Below are positions 40,919-50,122 of a stretch of 64,000 nt of DNA, piece by piece. The DNA is from a bacterium (GTDB taxonomy: Bacteria; UBA8248). The DNA is taken from positions 768,001 to 832,000 of the forward strand of contig CBDCRP010000003.1 in the NCBI GenBank assembly GCA_965221165.1. Reading direction: 5' to 3'. Under the pieces are notes generated by a model. The model was not told the origin of the DNA. It saw only the letters and a program-made list of their open reading frames with translations, and made no database searches. The position numbers and the translations under genes are program-made. Every line of letters starts with the position of its first letter. Position 1 is the first letter of the stretch.

Positions 40919-43549
40919 TCAAGTCTTTACCGCTTCGGCCTCCATGAGTACGGCGAAGGAGAGCGCATCCGCCCCCGCCGGGTGGTCGGCCTCCACGGTT
41001 TCTCCCGCCTCGAATTCCCCGGCGAGCAGCTTCTTGCTGAGCGGATTCATGATGTGCGTCTGAATCGCCCGCTTTAAGGGCCTCGCCCCATAGACGGGGT
41101 CGTAGCCGCGCTCGGCCAGGAAGTTCTTGGCGGCGTCCGTCAGGTGCAGCTTGATTTTTTGCGCTTCGAGGCGTTTTTCCAACTCCCTCAACTGAATCTC
41201 CACGATTTCGCCGATCTGCTCTTTCGTGAGCGCGCGGAAGACGATGATCTCATCCACCCGGTTCAGGAACTCGGGCCTGAACACTCCCCGAAGCTCCCCG
41301 AGCAGTTGTTCGGACTGATCGGTCTCCTGCACCCCGCCTCCGGTGAAGCCGATTTCGGTTCGCGCAAGCTCGGCGGTTCCCACGTTGCTCGTCATGATGA
41401 TGACGGTGTTGCGGAAATCGACCGTGCGGCCGTGCCCGTCCGTGAGGCGTCCTTCATCGAGCAGTTGTAAGAGCAGGTTGAAGGTCTCGGGGTGTGCCTT
41501 TTCGATCTCATCGAGCAAAAGCACGGAATAGGGTTTTCTCCGGACGGCTTCGGTGAGTTGTCCCCCCTCCTCGTAGCCGACATATCCGGGCGGGGCGCCG
41601 ATGAGCCTGGCCACGGCGTGTTTTTCCGTGTATTCGCTCATGTCCACGCGAATCATCGCCGCCTCGTCGTCGAAGAGGAATTCCGCGAGCGCGCGGGCGA
41701 GTTCGGTCTTGCCCACGCCGGTGGGTCCCAGGAAGATGAACGAGCCGACGGGCCGGTTCTCGTCCATGATGCCCGCGCGGGCGCGGCGCACGGCTTCGGC
41801 CAGCGCCTCCACCGCCCGATCCTGCCCCACGACGCGCTTGTGGATGTTCGCCTCCATTTGCAGGAGCTTCTCCCGCTCCGCCTCGAGCAGCCTGCTCACG
41901 TTGATGCCCGTCCAGCGGCTCACGATGGAGGCCACGTCGTCTTCTGTGATTTCCTCTTTCAACATGCGGCCACTGGAGCCTTCTTCGAGGTGCGCCTCCG
42001 CTTCGGCCATCTGTTTTTCCACCGCGATAATCTCACCGTAGCGAAGCTCCGCCGCCCGGCCCAAATCTCCCTCGCGCTCGGCGCGCTGGGCTTCGGCCTT
42101 CATTTCCTCGACGCGTTCCTTGAGTTCGCGCACCCGGGAGATGGCCTTTTTCTCATCCGCCCATTGGTTTCGCTGCGCCTGGCTCTGTTCATCGAGGGTG
42201 GAGATGCGCTCGCTTATCTGCTTCAGGCGCTCCCGGCTGTCCTCGTCTTGTTCCCCCTCCAGGGCGCGCTCTTCAATGCGAAGCCTGAGAAGCTCGCGCT
42301 CCTGGCGGTCGATTTCCTTGGGCAGGCTGTCCAGCTCGAGGCGCAGACCGCTCGCGGCCTCATCGATGAGGTCGATGGCCTTGTCCGGCAGGTAGCGGTC
42401 GCTGATGTAGCGATGCGAGAGAGCGACGGCGGCGACCAGGGCGTTGTCCAGAATGCGGACGCCGTGGTGAATCTCGTATCTCTCCTTCAAGCCGCGCAGG
42501 ATGGAGACGGCGTCCTCGACACCGGGTTCGTCGACCACCACGGGCTGAAAGCGCCGCTCGAGAGCCGCGTCCTTCTCGATGTGTTTTCGGTATTCATCGA
42601 GCGTGGTGGCGCCCACGCAGTGAAGCTCCCCCCGGGCGAGGGCCGGCTTCAAGAGATTGGAAGCGTCCACCGCCCCCTCCGCGGCGCCCGCGCCCACGAC
42701 GGTGTGAAGCTCGTCGATGAACAAGACGATCTCGCCCGCGGATTCGCTCACTTCCTTCAACACGGCCTTGAGCCTGTCCTCGAACTCGCCCCGGAATTTC
42801 GAGCCTGCGACGAGGGAGCCGATGTCGAGATTGAGCAGGCGCTTGCCCTTGAGACCTTCGGGTACGTCGCCGTCCACGATACGCTGAGCCAGACCTTCGA
42901 CGATGGCGGTCTTGCCCACGCCGGGGTCGCCGATGAGCACCGGATTGTTCTTCGTGCGCCGGGAGAGCACCTGCATGACGCGCCTGATCTCCTCGCCCCG
43001 TCCCACGACGGGGTCGAGCTTGCCGGAGCGGGCCCGCGCGGTGAGGTCGATCGCGAAGCGCTCGAGCGCCTGGTAGCGGCTCTCCGCATTCTGATCGGTG
43101 ATGCGCTGGCTTCCCCGGATTTCCTTGAGCGCTGCGAGTACGGCCTCGCGGTCGAGGGAGGCTGCACGCAGGATTTTCTTGACTTCTGCGTCGCTATTCT
43201 CCAGTGCGCCCAGGAGCAGATGTTCGCCGCTCACGTATTCATCCGCCATGGCTTTCGCCTCGCGCTGCGCCGCCTGAAAGAGCGTCGCCAACTCTTGCGT
43301 GACGTACAAGGGTCCGCCGTTTGCGGCGATTTTCGGGAGTTTCTCCAAAGATGCTTCCAGTTCGCGGTTCAGCACATGTACTTTCAGCCCCGCCTTTTCG
43401 ACCAGCGGCGTAAGCACGCCTTCGGGCTGATCCAGAAGCGCCATGAGAACGTGCGCGGACGCGACGCCCTGGTGGCCTCTCATCTGGGCCGACTCCTGGG
43501 CATGCTGGAGCGCTTCTTGCGTCTTGTGGGTGAATTGCTCAAAATTCAT
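40919..43549 (-). CDS. clpB: Disaggregase ClpB
   Basis: Two AAA+ modules ([16 protein letters not shown]) and a long M-domain coiled coil; likely start MNFEQFT at 43549. Confidence 0.97.
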   Translation of the reverse strand: MNFEQFTHKTQEALQHAQESAQMRGHQGVASAHVLMALLDQPEGVLTPLVEKAGLKVHVLNRELEASLEKLPKIAANGGPLYVTQELATLFQAAQREAKAMADEYVSGEHLLLGALENSDAEVKKILRAASLDREAVLAALKEIRGSQRITDQNAESRYQALERFAIDLTARARSGKLDPVVGRGEEIRRVMQVLSRRTKNNPVLIGDPGVGKTAIVEGLAQRIVDGDVPEGLKGKRLLNLDIGSLVAGSKFRGEFEDRLKAVLKEVSESAGEIVLFIDELHTVVGAGAAEGAVDASNLLKPALARGELHCVGATTLDEYRKHIEKDAALERRFQPVVVDEPGVEDAVSILRGLKERYEIHHGVRILDNALVAAVALSHRYISDRYLPDKAIDLIDEAASGLRLELDSLPKEIDRQERELLRLRIEERALEGEQDEDSRERLKQISERISTLDEQSQAQRNQWADEKKAISRVRELKERVEEMKAEAQRAEREGDLGRAAELRYGEIIAVEKQMAEAEAHLEEGSSGRMLKEEITEDDVASIVSRWTGINVSRLLEAEREKLLQMEANIHKRVVGQDRAVEALAEAVRRARAGIMDENRPVGSFIFLGPTGVGKTELARALAEFLFDDEAAMIRVDMSEYTEKHAVARLIGAPPGYVGYEEGGQLTEAVRRKPYSVLLLDEIEKAHPETFNLLLQLLDEGRLTDGHGRTVDFRNTVIIMTSNVGTAELARTEIGFTGGGVQETDQSEQLLGELRGVFRPEFLNRVDEIIVFRALTKEQIGEIVEIQLRELEKRLEAQKIKLHLTDAAKNFLAERGYDPVYGARPLKRAIQTHIMNPLSKKLLAGEFEAGETVEADHPAGADALSFAVLMEAEAVKT

Positions 43550-43685
43550 GAGAGTATGCTCCGGATTTTTATGTGAAAATTTATAAAGATTAGATAAATT
43601 TCCACAAATTCCGATAAATTTCTCGGCGCCGAAAACCTCGTCAATTCCGCATGGCGGAGGCGGCCAAGGCTTTTGACACAAGAAA

Positions 43686-43715
43686 AATATAATATCTTAG
43701 TCTGTTATTGTCAAG
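43686..43715 (-). promoter_or_regulatory. sigma70 promoter of the clpB run overlapped by a HAIR-like (HspR) operator
   Basis: Minus strand TTGACA(43714-43709)-17 nt-TATATT(43691-43686); TCTTAGT-N7-TGTCAAG (43695-43715) matches CTTGAGT-N7-ACTCAAG at 9/14. Confidence 0.65.
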
Positions 43716-43933
43716 TTTTATAATAACAAAATATGTAGAAATTTTTAACCCTCGTACAGGAAGGCACCCGCTCACTCGGCGGGGAAAAGGCGGTTTCCTC
43801 CGTAAACAAGCCCACATTTCAAGGATATATGGGAAGCAGGCCTTTGCAAAAAGACAAAAAAGGAGTATATTCAAAACTGTAGAGACAAAAACAAATTTCA
43901 ATCGCCATCATCAAGGTCAAGGAGAGGCAACCG

Positions 43934-44317
43934 ATGTCGGATGGAGCGATCAATTTGTTCGATCAATCTCAAAAGAAACCGCAAGCGCTTGAAGGCATTG
44001 CCGTTACGCCAACCGCCGCCGGGAAAGTGATCGAGATTCTCGAAGCGGAAGGTAAAACCGGCCACGGCCTGCGCCTCGCCGTCACCACAGGTGGATGCTC
44101 CGGTTACAACTACGGCCTTTATTTCGAGGAATCCGCCAACCCGGAGGATAAGATATTCTCCGTCGATGGGTTCGACGTGTTCGTGGACCCCCAGAGCTAT
44201 CCCGTCATCGCGGGAACGGAGATCGATTTCGTCGATGGCCTGCAAGGCTCGGGATTCAAGATCAACAACCCAAACGCCATGAGCATGTGCGGTTGCGGCA
44301 AATCGTTCACCACCTGA
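43934..44317 (+). CDS. A-type Fe-S carrier (IscA/ErpA/HesB family)
   Basis: GGCSGYNY, GFKINNPNA..CGCGKSF. Confidence 0.95.
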   Translation: MSDGAINLFDQSQKKPQALEGIAVTPTAAGKVIEILEAEGKTGHGLRLAVTTGGCSGYNYGLYFEESANPEDKIFSVDGFDVFVDPQSYPVIAGTEIDFVDGLQGSGFKINNPNAMSMCGCGKSFTT

Positions 44318-44334
44318 TCGAACAATGCCTTACG

Positions 44335-44368
44335 AGCCCCGGGCGTGATGAGTCCGGGGCTTTTTTTT
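44335..44368 (+). terminator. Intrinsic terminator after the Fe-S carrier gene
   Basis: AGCCCCGGGC-N7-GTCCGGGGCT followed by a T8 run. Confidence 0.85.
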
Positions 44369-44390
44369 ATGATGAACGAGAGATTTCGCC

Positions 44391-45845
44391 ATGAGTCGAA
44401 ACGATAAGACATCTAAGTGGCAATCACCCGGCGCCGTCGTCCTCATCTCCTGCTACGAATTGGGACACCAGCCACTGGCCGTCGCCTCGCCCCTGGCTTT
44501 TCTGCGCGAAGCGGGTTTTCAGCCCTGGGCGATGGACGTGGCGGCGGAGGATTTTTCCCAAGAGAAAATAGCGAATGCGAAATTCGTCGGCATCAGCGTA
44601 CCGATGCACACGGCGCTCAGGCTCGGCGTGGAAGTGGCGGCGAAAATTCGCGAGACGAACCCGGAGTGCCACATTTGCTTCTATGGCCTCTACGGCCTGC
44701 TCAACAAGGACTATCTTCTCGAAAACGGCGCGGATTCGACCATAGGCGGAGAGTTCGAATGGCCGCTCGTCAAGCTCGTTCAGGAACTGTCCCGAGCCTC
44801 TGGCATCATTGAGGTTCCCGGCGCAGCCACGAGAGAGCGCACATCCGGCCCGTATCTCGAAAAAATTCCCCTGCTCAAGCCCGAACGAGGGGGATTGCCC
44901 CCGCTTCAGGCATACGCGCATCTCATAAGCGGGGAGAACCACTATCCCGCCGGGGCCGTCGAGGCGAGCCGAGGCTGCAAGCACTTGTGCCTCCATTGCC
45001 CCATTCCACCGGTGTACGAGGGCCGTTTCTTCATCGTTCCCCAGGAAAAGGTTTTAGAAGACATCGAAGATTTGGCCGCGCAAGGCGCGCGCCACATCAC
45101 CTTCGCGGACCCGGATTTCCTGAACGGCCCATCTCACGCGCTTCGGGTCGCGCACGCCTTACACGAGAGATTTCCCGCGCTCACTTTCGACTTCACCGCC
45201 AAGGTGGAACACCTCATCAAGCATGAGGAGCTTCTGCCGCAGTTCGCAGAATTCGGATGCGCGTTTTTCGTCACCGCGGTCGAGTCTTTGAGCGACCTCG
45301 TGCTCGGGCATCTGGACAAGGGACACACCAAAGAAGACGTCTTTCGCGCCGTGCAAGCGGCCCGGGAAGCGAACGTCTCGATTCGGCCATCCCTGGTCGC
45401 ATTCACCCCTTGGACAAGCGCACAGGATTATTTTGATTTGCTGGATTTTATTGAAGAAAACGCCTTAATCGATGAGGTCGACCCCATTCAAATGGCCATC
45501 AGGCTTCTGGTGCCCCCGGGTTCCCATCTGCTCGACTCCCCCTACATGGAGGGATACATCAAGGAGCTCGACGCCGAGAATTTCATCTACCGCTGGGAAC
45601 ATCCGGATGCGAGGATGGACAAACTACACGGGGAGGCGCTCCTCCTCGCCGAGGACGCGGCTGCGCGCCTCGAGGATGCCGCCGTAACTTTTACGAGGAT
45701 TCGCGAATTGGCGGCCGATATTCTGGAGCGCCCCGACGAAGCGCGGGCAAGAGCCGTCTTCGCACCCGATCGAACCCGCCCGCCTCGTTTGAGCGAATCC
45801 TGGTTCTGCTGAGCGGAGCCCACCCAGGGCCAGTTGGCCCTCTAA
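44391..45845 (+). CDS. B12-binding radical SAM selenoprotein with CUAEP tail (UGA=Sec at 45810-45812)
   Basis: SCYELGHQP; ASRGCKHLCLHC (CxxxCxxC); ...SESWFC-TGA-AEPTQGQLAL-TAA; SECIS-like hairpin downstream. Confidence 0.88.
45826..45841 (+). promoter_or_regulatory. Candidate SECIS element
   Basis: AGGGCC-AGTT-GGCCCT; loop starts 19 nt after the UGA with GU at loop positions 2-3. Confidence 0.7.
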
Positions 45846-45860
45846 ATCGCCGGATACGAT

Positions 45861-46211
45861 TTATTTCAAAACCTGTGCGTATGTCTCCTCATCGAAGCCC
45901 ACGATGAGGGTGCTTTGATGTTTGATGACAGGGGCTCTGAGCGTGCCTGAACGACCCATCAAAAGAGCCAGCACGTCGTCTCGCGCAGGCTTTTCTTTTT
46001 TGACGTCCAAGTGAATCACCTTTCGGCCCCTGGTCGAATACACATCCGCTACGCCATCCAAGACAGAATCGACGTTGCCTTCATCCACCACGTCTTTTCT
46101 GGAACTGGCCTGCTCGGATACCTCGATTCCTTTCGACGCAAGAAACGCTTGCGTTTTGGAGCAGGTCTTTCAGCCGGAGCGATGATAATACCAATCCACT
46201 GTCTTCGACAT
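45861..46211 (-). CDS. ArsC/Spx-family thioredoxin-fold selenoprotein, UxxC motif (UGA at 46172-46170), 116 aa
   Basis: MSKTVDWYYHRSG-U-KTCSKTQAFL continues in frame into the 76-aa ORF ending GTLRAPVI...LIVGFDEETY. Confidence 0.88.
46136..46154 (-). promoter_or_regulatory. Candidate SECIS element
   Basis: ACGCAAG-CGTTT-CTTGCGT; loop starts 22 nt after the UGA with GU at loop positions 2-3. Confidence 0.7.
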
Positions 46212-46335
46212 GTCTCAAAATCTCCTGATGAAACGAGAAATCTTCTCGTCCAAACAAACATGGCGGCGGCAAAATGATTCGAGAGTTTCTCGCCCTCAAC
46301 AGACTCATGATGAAGGCGAGAATGCCACCTTTTAC

Positions 46336-47049
46336 TCAAAGGTTCATCACGGCGACGGCGCGCACGGGAGAGCCCGTGCCCGCGCGAATCTTGAGGGGGA
46401 GCCCCACATAGAGAAATTCCTTCCCCGCCACCGCTTCGATGTTCGCCAGGTTTTCCGTGTTGTGGCGCTGGAGTTCCCGGCAAAGCACATGACAGGGAAA
46501 CGTCAATTCCGTGGTGTTCACGCCGGCGTCGATGCTGGGCGCATCTTGGCCGATGTTCACCACGCCGCATTCGCGATAGAGGAAGTTCGCGGCATCGTAG
46601 CCCAGGCCCGGGTACGTGGTGAGATAATCGTCCGTCGGATAAGTGCGCTTGAAATGTCCTCCCGTGAAGAGGAGCGTGCCGTCTTTGGGCGGCGTCAGGT
46701 TCGCCGCCGAAAGCTCATCCTGCAAGAGTTGTAAGGATATCTCCTCCATCGGCTCCACCTTGCCCGTGAAATCCAGCGCAATCGCCCGGGTGATGAACCA
46801 CTCGAGCGGCGCCTGATCGATGTTCGGCGCCGTTTCGCGCTCATCGATATGACTCACCGAATCGGTATGCGTCGGCCCGTGGTCGCACATGTGGAGCATC
46901 ATGGCCGCATAGGTGATGTCCTTCGGCTTGATCGGCGCATTGGCCGCGTCTTCGTGCCGGGCGACGTACTCGATTGTCGTCGCCGGATGCCCGGGAAACC
47001 TGGGCGCACCGGTATAAATCTCCTGGCTCAGATCGATGATTTCGTACAT
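46336..47049 (-). CDS. Cyclase family protein (second paralog)
   Basis: IIDLSQ, HGPTHTDSVSH, ENLANI, LPLKIRAGTGSPVRAVA; GAGGAG RBS. Confidence 0.9.
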   Translation of the reverse strand: MYEIIDLSQEIYTGAPRFPGHPATTIEYVARHEDAANAPIKPKDITYAAMMLHMCDHGPTHTDSVSHIDERETAPNIDQAPLEWFITRAIALDFTGKVEPMEEISLQLLQDELSAANLTPPKDGTLLFTGGHFKRTYPTDDYLTTYPGLGYDAANFLYRECGVVNIGQDAPSIDAGVNTTELTFPCHVLCRELQRHNTENLANIEAVAGKEFLYVGLPLKIRAGTGSPVRAVAVMNL

Positions 47050-47074
47050 GCTAGTCTCCTCAAAAACGCTATAT

Positions 47075-47100
47075 AAAACCCCCGCATGCGAATGCGGGGG
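47075..47100 (-). terminator. Terminator-like hairpin between the LLM and cyclase genes
   Basis: CCCCCGCAT-N4-ATGCGGGGG followed by TTTTAT on the minus strand. Confidence 0.65.
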
Positions 47101-47120
47101 CTTCCTCGACGAGAAAAATG

Positions 47121-48365
47121 TCAGGCGACGCCGCCGACGGTGACGCCGTTCGAGACCGGACACTCCAGGTCGGGCCACACTTTCGTCATGAACGTTTCCA
47201 GCTCATAAATGACTTCTTCCTTGGGGCATTGCGCATAGTGCCAGATCAGGGTGATGAACTCCGAAGGCACTTTTTCGTACGTTTCCTCCCATTCCCGCTT
47301 GAGCCTGTCCACCGGACCACCCAGGAAGATGCCGCTTTCCTTGATGTTCTGAATCCAGTCGATGCTTTCCGTGTCGTCCGGGAACTGGGGGAAGAAGGGC
47401 ACGTAGAAGTTCTGGTAGATATCCTGATCGTATTTTCTGAGTTTCTCGTCGTACTCTTCTTCTGTATCCGTCACATGAATCCACCGGCAAACGCATTGCC
47501 GCTCACCATGGGCGAAGTTGTGGCCCGCCTTGGCCGCTTCTTCCACGTAGATATGGGAGAATTCCTCCATCTTTTCCAGTTTGGTGAAATATACGGGCCG
47601 GAATCCGTGTCTCGCCGCGAATTTTATGGAATCCGGGCTCGCGCTCACGGCTTGAAACATGGGCGGATAAGGCTCCTGATACGGTTTGGGAACGACGCTC
47701 ACCTTTCTGACCCGATTGTCATCGCCAATCTCGCCGATCCCGCCGGCGTCCCGGGCGCTCTTCCAGGCCGGATAATCGATGCCCTCTTCGTAGGGATAGG
47801 GAATCTCGTAGTAATCACCCTTCACTTCCACCGAATCTTCCTGCCAGAATTTCAGGAGCATCTCGACGCGCTCTTCAAAGATGTCACGGTTCTTCACGTC
47901 GTCGGCCCCGCCGAGGGCGTCGGAGACGGTGGCGCGGGTGTCGCTGAATTGCCCCAGGACGTTCGACCATCTGGACTGATACCCGCGCGCCAAGCCGCAG
48001 AAGAATTTACCCTTGGTGATATGATCGAGTATGGCAGTCTCCTCGGCCACGCGGATCGGATCCTGCGTCGCCATGACGTAACCAAGAGCGCCCACTCTCG
48101 CATTTTTGACATGAGGGGCCCACCATGAGTTCAGAACCCCCGGATTGGGTCCTACTTCATAACCCTCGGAGTGCAGATGATGCTCGATGGTGCTGATGCC
48201 CCATACGCCCATCTCATCGGCCGCCTTCACGATGTCGAGCCATTCATGAAGCACGTGATGGTACAAATCCTTATCCCTGGCCAAAGGTCTTTTTTGCTCG
48301 CGCTCCTCTCGGCTCTCCGTCGGCAGCATGGGATATAGCTGGATAATCACTTTGGGTTTTGCCAT
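47121..48365 (-). CDS. Luciferase-like (LLM) flavin-dependent monooxygenase
   Basis: IEHH, DPIRVAEETAILDHITKGKF..GLARGYQ, PKPYQEPYPP. Confidence 0.92.
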   Translation of the reverse strand: MAKPKVIIQLYPMLPTESREEREQKRPLARDKDLYHHVLHEWLDIVKAADEMGVWGISTIEHHLHSEGYEVGPNPGVLNSWWAPHVKNARVGALGYVMATQDPIRVAEETAILDHITKGKFFCGLARGYQSRWSNVLGQFSDTRATVSDALGGADDVKNRDIFEERVEMLLKFWQEDSVEVKGDYYEIPYPYEEGIDYPAWKSARDAGGIGEIGDDNRVRKVSVVPKPYQEPYPPMFQAVSASPDSIKFAARHGFRPVYFTKLEKMEEFSHIYVEEAAKAGHNFAHGERQCVCRWIHVTDTEEEYDEKLRKYDQDIYQNFYVPFFPQFPDDTESIDWIQNIKESGIFLGGPVDRLKREWEETYEKVPSEFITLIWHYAQCPKEEVIYELETFMTKVWPDLECPVSNGVTVGGVA

Positions 48366-48453
48366 CGCCGTATTCTCCTTCCTCGACAGGAATTTGCTCC
48401 TTCAAGTATCCGAGCAAAGATATTCTTCATCTTTGAGCGCCGGTGGCCGGCGC

Positions 48454-48969
48454 CTATTTCGATGAATACATTTTGTTCTTCACTTTATGGAGAAGCATGG
48501 ATAATTTCTCTCTTTCCTCATCCTCTAAATCATTCATGAGATCCGCTATGCGCGAATAATAGTCGGGGAAAATGGAATTCAGGCTCTCTTTTCCCTTGCG
48601 CGTCAGACGCACGATAGCTTTTCTCCTGTCGCCATCATGGCCGAGGCGCTCGATGAGTCCATCGCGCTGAAGTCCCTTCATCAGCCCCGTCATCGTCGCG
48701 CGCGTCACGCCCGCTTGCTTGGCCAATTCCGACGGGCTGAGGCCCGACCCGTTGTTTCTCACTTGCGAGCGCAGCAACAACAACAAAACGATGAACCTGC
48801 CCTGCGAGACGCCATGATCGGCCAGATACGTTTCAAAGGCAGTGAGCATATCGCTGCCGACTTGCAGAAAAAGATAAAAGAGCATGACCGAAGAAGTATC
48901 CAGAGAGGAATATTCCGGTACGAGGGGCCTGAAATCTTCCTCGTTAGGCAGTTCTTTCATGTAGAACAT
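48454..48969 (-). CDS. MarR family transcriptional regulator
   Basis: SPSELAKQAGVTRATMTGL..GLIER....DRR...VRLT..G. Confidence 0.92.
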   Translation of the reverse strand: MFYMKELPNEEDFRPLVPEYSSLDTSSVMLFYLFLQVGSDMLTAFETYLADHGVSQGRFIVLLLLLRSQVRNNGSGLSPSELAKQAGVTRATMTGLMKGLQRDGLIERLGHDGDRRKAIVRLTRKGKESLNSIFPDYYSRIADLMNDLEDEEREKLSMLLHKVKNKMYSSK

Positions 48970-48993
48970 GGGTGTGCTCCGAAAGCTAAATGC

Positions 48994-49018
48994 TATGGGG
49001 CCTAATTATATGGGGCCT
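48994..49018. promoter_or_regulatory. Tandem TATGGGGCCT boxes, candidate MarR operator
   Basis: Exact 10-mer at 48994 and 49009, 25 nt upstream of the marR start. Confidence 0.5.
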
Positions 49019-49245
49019 TACAATCCAAGTCAACCAGCAGTTACCCGCTGACGTTCCATAGCCACAGAATATAACAACGCCGAAAGAAACTCTGTTGTCG
49101 AGGTACTGGAATTTCAACGGAATGAGATATACTATCGTGGGGATGTTGATATCCTGAAAGAGAAAGGATATCAGAGATTAGTGAATAAACTTTGGCCGCT
49201 TCGCCTAAGATATTAAAAGATTGGATATCCAGGAGGATTTCTCAA

Positions 49246-49956
49246 ATGCGCTCTCAAGACTTCACTCGCACGACCGGGCAAAGAGTCATCGCGCAAGACG
49301 CTGCCGCATTCATGCAGCGCGTTTATGGATGGATGACGCTGGGGCTCTTCGTCACCGGCTTTAGCGCGCTCTACGTCGCATCCAGCCCCGCCGCCATTCA
49401 ATTCATCTTCGGAAGTTCCATCTCGGTATTTTTGGTCATCGGCGTTCAACTCGCCCTGGTTTTCTCCATCAGGCCGGTAATGCGCAGCAAAGGCTGGCAA
49501 GCAGGCGCGGTTCTGTTCTTGCTCTACAGCGCCACATTGGGAGTCACCGTTTCCACCTTGCTATTGCGCTACACGTTTACTTCCGTCGCCCAGGCGTTTT
49601 TCGTTACCGGCGGCGCGTTCGGCGGATTGACCCTTTTTGCCTTCGTAACGAAAAAAGACCTTTCGGGGGTGGGCAATTTCTGCATGGTGGGCCTCATCGG
49701 CATCATCCTCGCCAGCGTCGTCAACATGTTCGTAGGCAGTTCCGCCGTTCATTTCGCCATCAGCGTTTTGGGCGTTCTCATCTTTGCGGGACTTACGGCC
49801 TATGACACCCAGAAGATGAAGGAATACGCCTACACCCAGGAGACGGACAACGAAACGGGCAGGCGCGCCTCCATCATGGCGGCGCTCGAACTCTATCTTG
49901 ATTTCATCATGATGTTCATTTACCTTACGCAGCTTCTGGGCGCCTCGCGCGATTGA
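49246..49956 (+). CDS. Bax inhibitor-1 / YccA family membrane protein
   Basis: FMQRVYGWM, TKKDLS, AYDTQK, ALELYLDF; AGGAGG RBS. Confidence 0.93.
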   Translation: MRSQDFTRTTGQRVIAQDAAAFMQRVYGWMTLGLFVTGFSALYVASSPAAIQFIFGSSISVFLVIGVQLALVFSIRPVMRSKGWQAGAVLFLLYSATLGVTVSTLLLRYTFTSVAQAFFVTGGAFGGLTLFAFVTKKDLSGVGNFCMVGLIGIILASVVNMFVGSSAVHFAISVLGVLIFAGLTAYDTQKMKEYAYTQETDNETGRRASIMAALELYLDFIMMFIYLTQLLGASRD

Positions 49957-49972
49957 AGAAAAGGTCTTGCTT

Positions 49973-50000
49973 AAAAAAGCCGGGGCTCAGGCCCCGGCTT
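49973..50000. terminator. Terminator hairpin downstream of the BI-1 gene
   Basis: AAGCCGGGGC-TCAG-GCCCCGGCTT flanked by an A tract. Confidence 0.7.
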
Positions 50001-50060
50001 CGTTATAGTGAAAGCTTCACGGCGAATCTATAACCCGCCTGTTTAATTTCCCGAAAATAG

Positions 50061-50069
50061 TGTTATAAT
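50061..50069 (+). promoter_or_regulatory. Extended -10 promoter element
   Basis: TGTTATAAT (TGn-TATAAT) about 55 nt upstream of the OmpA-family gene. Confidence 0.55.
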
Positions 50070-50122
50070 GAGATTTATGATAGACGAAACGCCCATAATC
50101 GCCCTCATAGGAGCATAACCTT

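Noticed and set aside
41492-43576. 694-aa ORF antisense to clpB (similarly 24260-25867, 25898-27814, 18045-19508, 34254-35957)
   Set aside because: Shadow ORFs opposite confidently identified genes in GC-rich DNA.
43934-44317. Fe-S carrier (and the glutaredoxin at 54298) as further selenoproteins
   Set aside because: All catalytic positions are Cys codons, and the terminal TGAs fall at the expected protein ends.
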